IMG/VR virus record: IMGVR_UViG_3300013767_000179
Span: 1-36,624 of that record
Length of the DNA stretch: 36,624 bases
Reading direction: 5' to 3' (one strand)
From: a virus
Lineage: Duplodnaviria; Caudoviricetes
The first letter of the stretch is position 1. Every line of letters starts with the position of its first letter. The notes beneath the pieces are model-generated. The model had not been told where the DNA came from, did not search any database, and saw only the letters and a program-made list of their open reading frames with translations. Below are positions 1-7,815 of the stretch, piece after piece. Position numbers and translations under genes: made by a program.

Positions 1-93
1 CCTGCGGCGGCCGCCGCCGCGTCGGCGGCGCCCGCGCCGCGTTCGCGTGCCGTCGCTGCGCGTTCCACCAACTCCGACGGCAGGAGGGCGTGA
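1..93 (+). CDS. 3' end of upstream gene (partial, Ala/Pro-rich tail)
   Basis: Frame 1 open from base 1 to TGA at 91-93, overlapping the next ATG (TGATG). Confidence 0.55.
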   Translation, partial: PAAAAAASAAPAPRSRAVAARSTNSDGRRA

Positions 94-554
94 TGAACCG
101 CGATGACGGAATCGACCTCACCCGCTTCGACGACGACTTCGCCGCCGCGCCGGTGGAGGAGAAGACGTTCGCCGAGATCCCCGACGGCAAGTACCACGTC
201 GTCATCGACCGAGTCGAGATCACTACGTCTCGAACGTCCGGGAAGCCGATGCTGAAGTGGGCGCTCAAGATCATCGACGGGCCGAGCAAGAATCGCCTGC
301 TTTTCCGCAACAGCGTGCTCGCCTCGCCGCAGCTGATCGCTTGGCTCAAGAGCGACCTTCACCTCTGCGGCGTCGACCTCGAGAAGCTGTCGGATCTGCC
401 GCCCGAGCTCGAGAGGCTGCTCGACGTCGAGCTCGAGATCACCAAGCGCGCGCGCGGCGACTACGAGAACATCTACTTCAACAAGCGCCTCGACGGCGGA
501 GCATCGGCGTCGAGCGCACCGGCCTCGGGCGGCGACGACGACATCGCGTTCTGA
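93..554 (+). CDS. DUF669 family protein (phage SSB-like)
   Basis: IPDGKYHVVIDRVE..SGKPMLKW motif, acidic DDDIAF C-terminal tail typical of SSBs; AGGAGG at 82-87. Confidence 0.8.
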   Translation: MNRDDGIDLTRFDDDFAAAPVEEKTFAEIPDGKYHVVIDRVEITTSRTSGKPMLKWALKIIDGPSKNRLLFRNSVLASPQLIAWLKSDLHLCGVDLEKLSDLPPELERLLDVELEITKRARGDYENIYFNKRLDGGASASSAPASGGDDDIAF

Positions 555-633
555 TCGCTGACCACCGGAAGTAGCGACGGTGGCGGCATGGTGCCGCCGC
601 CGACTTCACCACCCGCATGTCGGGAGGAACGCC

Positions 634-1422
634 ATGGATCTGTCCGCAGCATCCGGAATCTCGCACGAGGTCATCCTGATCACGCCGGCGATGGCGCACG
701 ACTGGCTCAAGCGCAACGTCGGCAACCGCCCGCTGTCGCGCAGCCGGGTGGCCCGCTACGCCGAGGACATGCGCAACGGTCGCTGGGTGGAGAACGGCGA
801 GACGATCAAGTTCAACGACAAGGGCGATCTCATCGACGGCCAGCACCGGCTCGAAGCGATTGTCGTCTCGGGCACGGCGGCGCGGATCCTGGTCGTCGGC
901 CACCTCGCGAAGATCGCGGCGCTCACCATCGACGACGGCAAGAAGCGCAGCCACGCCGACCGGCTGCGCCTGTTCGGCCAGGTCGAGATGCCGACCATCG
1001 CGGCGGCAGCGACGATGGTCATCGGCGCTGCGCTCGGCCGCGCCAACCTCAGCGGGCAGGAAGTCTGCGACCTCTACTACCAGCACCTGGTCGGCTTCGA
1101 GTGGGCGCAAGAGCACGTCCATGCGCACCGGCTCCAGCTCTCGCCGGTCTACGCGGCGCTGGTCGTCGCCTATCCGCGCCACCCGCGCGAGGTGGCGGTG
1201 TTCGCGGAGAAGGCGAGCCTGGGCGAGAACCTCCAGCGCAACGATCCGGCGCTCACGCTCCGTCGCTACCTCGAGTCGCTGCGCGCCAAGCGTGACCTCG
1301 ACGGGCGGCTCGACGTGTTCGGCAAGACGCTGCGCGCGGTGCAGGCGCACGTGAGGGGCGAGCGGCTGCAGAAGCTCGTCGTCACGCCGGAGCTCTACGG
1401 CTCCTTCGGCCTTGTGAGCTGA
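634..1422 (+). CDS. ParB/Srx-like N-terminal domain protein
   Basis: ITPAMAHDWLKRNVGNRPLS..YAEDMRNGRW..LIDGQHRLEAIV motif; GGGAGG before ATG 634. Confidence 0.75.
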   Translation: MDLSAASGISHEVILITPAMAHDWLKRNVGNRPLSRSRVARYAEDMRNGRWVENGETIKFNDKGDLIDGQHRLEAIVVSGTAARILVVGHLAKIAALTIDDGKKRSHADRLRLFGQVEMPTIAAAATMVIGAALGRANLSGQEVCDLYYQHLVGFEWAQEHVHAHRLQLSPVYAALVVAYPRHPREVAVFAEKASLGENLQRNDPALTLRRYLESLRAKRDLDGRLDVFGKTLRAVQAHVRGERLQKLVVTPELYGSFGLVS

Positions 1423-1430
1423 GGCGGCCC

Positions 1431-2285
1431 ATGACCATCAACAGCATGCCTCGGGGGCTGCCCCAGGCGCATCCGGCCGCCGAGCTGTTCCCGCTCATGT
1501 GCGAGGAAGAACTGAACGCGCTCTCGGACGACATCCGCGAGCACGGCCAGCGCCATCCGATCGTGATGACCGAAGGCAAGATCCTCGACGGGCGCAATCG
1601 CTTTCTTGCGTGCGTGATGGCGCACAAGAAGCCGTGGATCGAGCAGTGGGACGGCCAAGGGAACCCGGTCACCTACGTGCTCAGCGCCAACCTGCAGCGG
1701 CGGCACCTGACGCCGACGCAGAAGGCGGCGATCGCGGCCAACGCGCTGCCGCTCTTCGAGGAGGAGGCGAAGAAGCGGATGGTCGAAGGGGGCCGCGTCG
1801 GTGGCAGCCAGCCCAAGGGTAGTACTGATTCAGTACTACCCTTGCCGAAGAGGCAGGATCCGTCGAAGCGCGCCATTGCCCAGGCGGCCAAAGCGGTGGG
1901 CGCGGGTCGGGACGCGACCGCCGCGCTGGTCGCCATCAAGAAGACGGCGCCTGAGGTGTTCGAGCGGGTGAAGGCCGGCGAGCTGTCGATCTCGCGGGCG
2001 AAGCGGAAGGCGGGCCTGGAGACGCCGCGCCCCAGGCCGCGGGCGAAGCCGGCGCCGGTGACAGCGACGGCAACGCCGCCCACAACTTCACCTTCGGTGG
2101 CGCCGGCGCCGACTTCGGCGACTTCGGCGCCGCCGAGCGCTGCGCAACCGATCGCTCCCGAGAACATCGCCTACGACCGGGCGCTCGCCGCCGTACGCGC
2201 CCTGCGCCGCGAGGACCAGCGTCGCCTGTGCCGCGCGGTGCTGGCGGAGCTCGAGGAAAAGGCCCATGAACCGCGCGCAGGTTGA
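1431..2285 (+). CDS. ParB N-terminal domain protein with HTH-like region
   Basis: HPAAELFPLM..DIREHGQRHPIV..ILDGRNR..NLQRRHLTPTQKA motifs. Confidence 0.8.
   Translation: MTINSMPRGLPQAHPAAELFPLMCEEELNALSDDIREHGQRHPIVMTEGKILDGRNRFLACVMAHKKPWIEQWDGQGNPVTYVLSANLQRRHLTPTQKAAIAANALPLFEEEAKKRMVEGGRVGGSQPKGSTDSVLPLPKRQDPSKRAIAQAAKAVGAGRDATAALVAIKKTAPEVFERVKAGELSISRAKRKAGLETPRPRPRAKPAPVTATATPPTTSPSVAPAPTSATSAPPSAAQPIAPENIAYDRALAAVRALRREDQRRLCRAVLAELEEKAHEPRAG
1814..1844. repeat. Perfect 31-bp palindrome (15-bp arms) inside the ParB-like gene
   Basis: CAAGGGTAGTACTGA-T-TCAGTACTACCCTTG read directly. Confidence 0.9.
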
Positions 2286-3297
2286 TGAGCTGCGACGGCG
2301 GCTCGCCGATCCGGCCGCGCTCGCGGCCGCGCTTGGGATCGCCGACGGTGCCAAGACGCAGCCGCGCGGCGTGCTGGTGCGGTGCCCGTGGCATGCCGAG
2401 CGCGGCCCGTCGTGCAGCATCACCGTCGGGCCCGACGGCACGGTGCGCGTGCGCTGCTTCGGCTGCGGTGAATCTGGCGATGCGCTCTCGCTCATCGCGG
2501 CGGTTCGCGGCCTCGATCTCCGCCGCGACTTCAGCCGCGTGATCGCGGAAGCCGAAGCAATCGCGGGGCCGGTCGATCGTAGCGCTCGGCCACCACCACG
2601 ATCGCCGACGCCAGCGTCCACGCGACCGCCGCAAGACGAGCTGATCGCGCTGTGGAACGCAGCCGGGCCGTTCGCGGTGACCGGGGTCGACGTGCCGCCG
2701 TCGAGTCTCGCGGTGATGCGCTTCGTCGGATCGCGGAGATGGTGGCGACCGCTTCTCGACCAACTCGGGATCGCGCGCGTCCTGCCGCGAACGTTCGCCT
2801 GGCCGAGTTGGTGGCCCTCGTCGTGGGCGAGCACCTACCGCGTGGCGGTGCTCGGCTACGAGCCCGACGGTACGCCGGCGAGCATCCACGCGCGCGCGGT
2901 ACAGGCCGTCGATCCCGACCAGCGCCAGCGCTGGCCGCGCGGCTGCTCGGCCAAGGGACTCCTGCTTGCCGATTGTCGTGGCGTCGATGTGCTGCGCGGC
3001 GCGCCTCCACGCGATCTTGGCGGAATCGCGATCTGCGAGGGCCTCACTGACACCGTGACGATGGCGCTCGCCTTCGCCGACGCGGGCAAGCAGTGGGCGG
3101 TCCTCGGCGTCACGTCGACGACGGGCACCGACGCGCTCGCGCGCGTGCAGTGGCCCGCCGTGCCGGTGGTCGTCGCCACCGATCCCGATCCCGCCGGCGA
3201 CCGCTACGCGCAAGAGATCCGCGTCGCCCTGCCGTCGAGCCTCGACGTGCGGCGATGGCGGCCAGCACGTCCGGAGCACCGGGAGGCGGCAACATGA
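2266..3297 (+). CDS. DNA primase-like protein (CHC2 zinc finger + TOPRIM)
   Basis: CPWHAERGPSC..CFGCG zinc finger; ICEGLTD and ATDPDPAGD TOPRIM motifs. Confidence 0.85.
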   Translation: MNRAQVDELRRRLADPAALAAALGIADGAKTQPRGVLVRCPWHAERGPSCSITVGPDGTVRVRCFGCGESGDALSLIAAVRGLDLRRDFSRVIAEAEAIAGPVDRSARPPPRSPTPASTRPPQDELIALWNAAGPFAVTGVDVPPSSLAVMRFVGSRRWWRPLLDQLGIARVLPRTFAWPSWWPSSWASTYRVAVLGYEPDGTPASIHARAVQAVDPDQRQRWPRGCSAKGLLLADCRGVDVLRGAPPRDLGGIAICEGLTDTVTMALAFADAGKQWAVLGVTSTTGTDALARVQWPAVPVVVATDPDPAGDRYAQEIRVALPSSLDVRRWRPARPEHREAAT

Positions 3298-4304
3298 GCG
3301 GTGGCACCGACGTCTCCTCGAGCTACCGCGACGGCGCTCCGGTCGCCATGCTCGACGGCGCCGAGCCGATGCCGCCGGCGGGCAGTTCCGTGAGATTCCC
3401 GCTCGTCTCGGTCCGCGATCTTCCCGAGATCGTCGAGCAGCGGTGGCTGGTGCGGGGCCTCGTTCCGCGCTACGCCGAGGATGGAACGGCGGGCTATCTC
3501 TTCGGCCCGGCCAAAGCGCGCAAGAGCCTGCTGCTCGCCGACGTGGCGCTGTCGGTCACGACCGGCACGCGCGCGCTCGGCAACTACGCCGTCGAGCACA
3601 CTGGCACGGCAGTCGGCTTCTTCGCCGAAGATCCGAAGGGCGAGACGTCGCGGCGCGTCCACCGCCTCGCACGCGCACGCGGCGTCGAGGTTCCGGCGAA
3701 CCTCTACCTCATCGACGTGCCCGCGCTCGCGCTCGACAACCTCGAGCATCAGGCGCGGCTCGCCGCGACGCTCCAGGCCGTCGACGATCTCGCGTTCTGC
3801 TGGCTCGATCCGTTCGTTCGCCTGCACGCGATCGACGACAACCGGGCCAACGAGCTCGGACCGATCCACTCGTTCCTGCGCACGCTCGCGCGCTCGTGCC
3901 CGCAGGCGGTGTTCATGCTGGCGCATCACGCGAACAAGCTTGGAGAGTCGCGCGGCTCGACCGACTTCAACGCGTTCGGCGACTTCAACCTGTACGCGCG
4001 CGCCCCCGACGAGCTGACCACCGAGGTCTTCCGCATCGAGAATCGGGGCGGGCCGCCCGGGCAGCCGTTTCAGTTCTCCGTCGAGGATGGCCACGCGGAC
4101 GGCAAGGCGACGATGCGCCTTGTCGTCTCGGAGCCCGAGGAGGCCCAGGACAGCCGGGACGCGGCGATCGAGGCTGCAATCGCCGCCTACCGCCACGCGA
4201 ACCCGAAGGCATCTGGCCGCGACGGCAAGGAGCACATCAAGAAGCTCGGGTTGCGCATCCGCGATGAACAGTTCTGGACGGTTTGGAGAGGGGCGCAGCC
4301 ATGA
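3294..4304 (+). CDS. AAA_25/RepA-like (RecA-family) helicase
   Basis: RWLVRGL, Walker A-like GPAKARKS, FFAED, WLDPF Walker B, LAHHANK and RGS motifs; ATGA overlap with primase stop. Confidence 0.85.
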   Translation: MSGGTDVSSSYRDGAPVAMLDGAEPMPPAGSSVRFPLVSVRDLPEIVEQRWLVRGLVPRYAEDGTAGYLFGPAKARKSLLLADVALSVTTGTRALGNYAVEHTGTAVGFFAEDPKGETSRRVHRLARARGVEVPANLYLIDVPALALDNLEHQARLAATLQAVDDLAFCWLDPFVRLHAIDDNRANELGPIHSFLRTLARSCPQAVFMLAHHANKLGESRGSTDFNAFGDFNLYARAPDELTTEVFRIENRGGPPGQPFQFSVEDGHADGKATMRLVVSEPEEAQDSRDAAIEAAIAAYRHANPKASGRDGKEHIKKLGLRIRDEQFWTVWRGAQP

Positions 4305-4603
4305 GCGCTTCCCGTGTTTCCGCCGCACTTCGGAAGCGCATGCTTCCGCTTCCCCTTAAAGGGGGAAGCGGGAAGCACTCGAACGCGAGGGCCTCCGGGA
4401 AGCAGCACGGCGCGGCGGCAGCCGAACCGAAACCGACGACGCGCGCCGACCTGGTTGCCGAGATCGATGCCGCGATCGAGCACACCGCGAAGTGTCGCAT
4501 CGAGCTCGGCTTGGCCGAGCGCGCGATGGTCGCCGCGCGGGAGGCGCTCGAGCGTTTCGACGCCGAGGCGCAGCGCCGTCCACCGCCGATTCACGGCCAC
4601 TGA
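4301..4603 (+). CDS. Hypothetical protein with helical C-terminus (true start uncertain)
   Basis: ATGA overlap with helicase stop; coding-like 3' half. Confidence 0.5.
   Translation: MSASRVSAALRKRMLPLPLKGGSGKHSNARASGKQHGAAAAEPKPTTRADLVAEIDAAIEHTAKCRIELGLAERAMVAAREALERFDAEAQRRPPPIHGH
4307..4403. promoter_or_regulatory. Candidate replication origin: seven GGAAGC/GCTTCC hexamers around a palindrome with TTAAA core
   Basis: Hexamers at 4307, 4332, 4342, 4348, 4364, 4371, 4398; near-perfect inverted repeat 4341-4377; directly after primase-helicase. Confidence 0.55.
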
Positions 4604-4662
4604 ATGACTCGGGCGAGCTCGGGTAGCTCGCGCGCCGTCGACACCGCGAAGGAGCAGTCACG

Positions 4663-5073
4663 ATGCCGCTGATCAACCACAACCTTCCCTCGATGCCGCG
4701 CACGCGCGGCGAGTGCATCGATGGTCCTCGGCCGTGCCGATTCATTCACTGCCGCTATCACCTCGCTGCGAAGGAGCTGCCCGGCTCGCGCCGGCTCAAG
4801 GTGCGCGCGCTCGCCCCCGGCACTGATACCTGCGCCCTCGACGTCGCCGACCGCGGCGCGCACACGCTCGAGGAGGTGGGCGAGCTCCTCGGTCTCACCC
4901 GCGAGCGCGTGCGGCAGATCGAGCTCATCGCGCTCGTGAACCTCCGCGGGCAGCTCGCCGAGCTCGCCGGCCCGGACACATCCATCCTCGACGCCTTCTT
5001 TCCCGACGACCGCGCCGGCGCCGAGTCGATGGCGCTTCGTCTCTCGCACAACGAGGACAGCGATGTCGCCTGA
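4663..5073 (+). CDS. Sigma-70 region 4-like HTH protein with Cys/His-rich N-terminus
   Basis: TLEEVGELLGLTRERVRQIE HTH; ECIDGPRPCRFIHCRYHL cluster; AAGGAG RBS. Confidence 0.85.
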   Translation: MPLINHNLPSMPRTRGECIDGPRPCRFIHCRYHLAAKELPGSRRLKVRALAPGTDTCALDVADRGAHTLEEVGELLGLTRERVRQIELIALVNLRGQLAELAGPDTSILDAFFPDDRAGAESMALRLSHNEDSDVA

Positions 5074-5311
5074 ATCTCAGCTGCTCATGAACCTCGCCGA
5101 GAAGGCGGTCGTGCTCGCTCGCGAGGTCTGCTCGACGACGGGCGGGCCCGGGTCGAGCGCGCTCGTCCATCACGCGAGCGCGCTCAGGAGCGCGGCCGAG
5201 ATCTACTGCCAGAGCCAGCGCCGCCTCGAGGCCGAGATCTTGCGGCCGCTCGAGCTGCCGCACCAGGAGCTCAAAGCGCTTGGACCTTCCACCCGAAGCC
5301 GGGGAGACTGA
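5063..5311 (+). CDS. Hypothetical protein
   Basis: GAGGA RBS, overlaps previous stop, fills gap in operon. Confidence 0.55.
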   Translation: MSPESQLLMNLAEKAVVLAREVCSTTGGPGSSALVHHASALRSAAEIYCQSQRRLEAEILRPLELPHQELKALGPSTRSRGD

Positions 5312-5313
5312 CC

Positions 5314-5784
5314 ATGCCGACGATCCGCATCGCCATCGATGACCGGCGTGCGCGCCGGGCGGAAGAGCGCTCGCCGCAGCCGCTCGTCTGCGAGCGAGGG
5401 CGCGTGTTTCGCTTCGAAGTGCTCGGTGCGCCGAGAACGAAGGGGAACCACCCGCTCGCGATCTGGAAACACAAGCGGCTCATCATCGTGCCGTCGAAGG
5501 CATACCGCGCCTGGCTTGCGACCGCGCTCGAGCAGGTGCCGTTCATCAGGCAGGCGAGCGGCCTCAAGGGGATGATCGTCGTCCCGGTGCGCGTCGCGGC
5601 GGTGTTCTATCGCGACCGCAACCTGGGCGACCTCGACAACTTCGAAAAGGGCTTCGGCGACTTCTTGCAGAAGGCGCGCTTGTTGTCGACGGACAGGCAC
5701 ATCGCGAGCTGGGACGGCTCGCGGCTCGACGTCGATCATGCGCGCCCTCGCGTCGCGGTCGAGATCGAAGTGCTCGGCCCATGA
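5314..5784 (+). CDS. rusA: RusA-family Holliday junction resolvase
   Basis: GDLDNFEKGFGDFLQ..DRHI..PRVAVEI match the RusA DxDNxxK-D pattern. Confidence 0.8.
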   Translation: MPTIRIAIDDRRARRAEERSPQPLVCERGRVFRFEVLGAPRTKGNHPLAIWKHKRLIIVPSKAYRAWLATALEQVPFIRQASGLKGMIVVPVRVAAVFYRDRNLGDLDNFEKGFGDFLQKARLLSTDRHIASWDGSRLDVDHARPRVAVEIEVLGP

Positions 5785-6191
5785 CGCGCGAAGGAAAGCT
5801 GTGCGCGATCTGCAACCGCACCAATCAGACGCTGCGGCTCTGCCAGAATTGCAAGCGCGACTCGGCGAACCAGGGCTGGTCGCAAGGCAGCCGGCGCGAG
5901 ATTCTCGTCGACACGCAGATCCTGCCACTCGTGGCGAGCTGCCCAGCGCCGACGGGACGACGACTGCGTCCGGCGAGCCGGCGAACGCAACAGATCTTCG
6001 ATCTGGTGCGCGAGTACTCCATCTGCGTCCCGCTGAGGAACTTTGGAGCGCGTCGCGTGCACGAGCCGTGGGTTTGGCGCAGCCGTCCGCTCAACCTATC
6101 CGAGATCGCATTCCTCGTCGGCTGCAGTCGGCAAGCGGTGCTGAAGGCGGTGCGGAATACGCTCGAGTTGTCGACGGTGCAGCGTGCGTGA
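5781..6191 (+). CDS. Zinc-finger + HTH protein, candidate late-gene regulator
   Basis: CAIC..CQNC and LNLSEIAFLVGCSRQAV; last gene of early block after RusA, the position of Q-like regulators. Confidence 0.6.
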   Translation: MTREGKLCAICNRTNQTLRLCQNCKRDSANQGWSQGSRREILVDTQILPLVASCPAPTGRRLRPASRRTQQIFDLVREYSICVPLRNFGARRVHEPWVWRSRPLNLSEIAFLVGCSRQAVLKAVRNTLELSTVQRA

Positions 6192-6239
6192 ACGGCGGAT
6201 CCTGTCGATTCATGACAACCGAGATCTTGCGTAACTTGT

Positions 6240-6599
6240 ATGGCGCACGCGAACGCGAAAGAGAGTCACTCTTGGAACCGGCGCCAAGTCGCTCGGCTGG
6301 CCTGGCGAGAGGCGAAGGCGACCGCCGACGTCCATCACTCCCTCGGAGAGATCCGTCGGGCGGTGGACTACCCGCCAGGCTACTTCATCGAGGTCGAGCT
6401 CGGCTTCGGGCTCGGCGAAGGGCCGTCGATCATCGCGACGATGCAAGATCTCGATCGCATCAACGCGGCTCACCGCCATGAGCTCGAGGGGAAGCAGCGC
6501 AAGACGAAGAAGCCGAAGCGCACGAAGCGCGAGCGGCTCACGGGCCAGAAGCTCGCGGCGCTCGTCGATGCGCGCTTGGGTCGCGTCAAGGCGGCGTAA
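6240..6599 (+). CDS. Hypothetical basic protein
   Basis: Coding-like codon usage, Lys/Arg-rich C-terminus; start uncertain. Confidence 0.55.
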   Translation: MAHANAKESHSWNRRQVARLAWREAKATADVHHSLGEIRRAVDYPPGYFIEVELGFGLGEGPSIIATMQDLDRINAAHRHELEGKQRKTKKPKRTKRERLTGQKLAALVDARLGRVKAA

Positions 6600-6601
6600 C
6601 G

Positions 6602-6751
6602 ATGCTCTCCGTGACCGAACAGCAACGGAGCGCGCTGGTGCTCTCGGGCGCACTCGCCAATCCGCTCGCGGCGCTCAGGGACCGCGGGCTCCGTCGCGAA
6701 TACGTCGAGTGCGGGCGCGGCGATGCGCGCCGAGCGCTCCGGCTCGACTGA
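6602..6751 (+). CDS. Small hypothetical protein (49 aa, not in ORF track)
   Basis: ATG 2 nt after previous stop, MLSVTEQQRSALV..RLD*. Confidence 0.4.
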   Translation: MLSVTEQQRSALVLSGALANPLAALRDRGLRREYVECGRGDARRALRLD

Positions 6752-6759
6752 GGTTCGAC

Positions 6760-6942
6760 ATGCGAGATCTGATCTTGGCGTTCCATCTGCGCGCGATTGC
6801 CCGGATGCTCGAGAGAGATCCGGCAGCGCTCGAGCGGATTGCGCGCGCTGTCGCTGCGCGCCGTCGACCGCCGCGTGCGCCTCGCGTGCAGCGGCTCGTC
6901 GGTTTGGTGCGCGATCTGTTGCGCCGTCGGCCAACGCGATGA
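6760..6942 (+). CDS. Small Arg-rich hypothetical protein (60 aa)
   Basis: GAGGT RBS; ATGA overlap with next gene. Confidence 0.45.
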   Translation: MRDLILAFHLRAIARMLERDPAALERIARAVAARRRPPRAPRVQRLVGLVRDLLRRRPTR

Positions 6943-7337
6943 TTCCGCTCGAGCATCTTCTCGACCTCGTCGGCGTCGAGATCCAGCCTGCATACGCGGC
7001 CGGGCCGACACTCTACGTCGGGCGACCCGAGGCGGTGCGCGCCCACGCGCGCATCCGCCTCACTGCTGGCTCGCCGGTCGGCCAGGTCGCGCTCAAGTGG
7101 CAGGGCACGAAGGACCCATCCGATCCGAGCGGCTGGCAGGACGTGGCCAGCCGGCGCGACGACAACGGCGCCGTCGAGCTCGAGCACACGTTCGCGGTGC
7201 CCGCGGGATCGGTGTCGGCGTCGTTTTCGTTTCTCGTCGACCTGCGCGGCCTGCTCGCGATCCGCCTGCTCGGCCGATCGACCAACGGTGTTGGCCAGGC
7301 GGGCGATGAAGTGAGCGTCGACGGCGTGACCTGGTAG
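6939..7337 (+). CDS. Hypothetical beta-rich protein, possible virion accessory
   Basis: ATGA-coupled start; LKWQGTKDPSDPSGWQDV motif, alternating hydrophobic strands. Confidence 0.65.
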   Translation: MIPLEHLLDLVGVEIQPAYAAGPTLYVGRPEAVRAHARIRLTAGSPVGQVALKWQGTKDPSDPSGWQDVASRRDDNGAVELEHTFAVPAGSVSASFSFLVDLRGLLAIRLLGRSTNGVGQAGDEVSVDGVTW

Positions 7338-7368
7338 TTCGGCAACAACCACAACGTGAGGTGAACTC

Positions 7369-7587
7369 ATGATCGCATTGCTGCATACGCATTGGCTCGC
7401 CATCTTGCTTGTCGTCTCCGGCGTGCTCGTCGGAGGCGTGACCGGCTTCGTCGTGCATCGCGTGGCGTCGCGGCTGCCGGCGAACGCCCGGGCGGGCGGT
7501 CGCGCGCAGCGACGCGCGCACGCGCGCCCCGTGGCGCGCGGGGCGCGGCCCGGGCGCAGACTCGGGCGGAGGTCGCGGATTTATTAG
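7369..7587 (+). CDS. Small single-TM membrane protein with basic tail
   Basis: GAGGTG RBS; hydrophobic WLAILLVVSGVLVGGVTGFVV segment. Confidence 0.5.
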   Translation: MIALLHTHWLAILLVVSGVLVGGVTGFVVHRVASRLPANARAGGRAQRRAHARPVARGARPGRRLGRRSRIY

Positions 7588-7815
7588 CGCTGGAACGACA
7601 GCGTCGCCAGCGGTCGCGTGAAGAGGGGCAGATTTTCTAAAGGGCCTTTTTGAATTTTCGCCCGCCCCGCTGCTGGCGGCGCGGCCACGACACTTCCAAA
7701 TGCTTCCTTACTCACGTCGATCGGAAGTGGCCGCAAGCGATCGAGACCACGAAGGATTGTCGGAGAAAGACGTCGCTTCCGCGCCGCCATTTGGTCCGCT
7801 TTTCGCGAGCCCGAG
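7485..7815. promoter_or_regulatory. Structured region upstream of packaging genes, candidate pac/cos or late control site
   Basis: Nested GC hairpins 7485-7556, AT-rich tract 7632-7658, bulged inverted repeat 7681-7734; precedes MTase-terS-terL. Confidence 0.4.

Noticed and set aside
2029-2160. Pro/Ala/Thr low-complexity stretch with short ACTTCGGCG repeats
   Set aside because: Ordinary flexible linker coding sequence
3504-3527. Non-canonical helicase Walker A GPAKARKS
   Set aside because: GxxKxxKS variants are common in AAA_25/RepA-like proteins; catalytic Lys-Ser intact
7369-7587. Holin assignment
   Set aside because: Only one TM segment, no adjacent endolysin, and the 3' half overlaps GC hairpins; left as membrane protein
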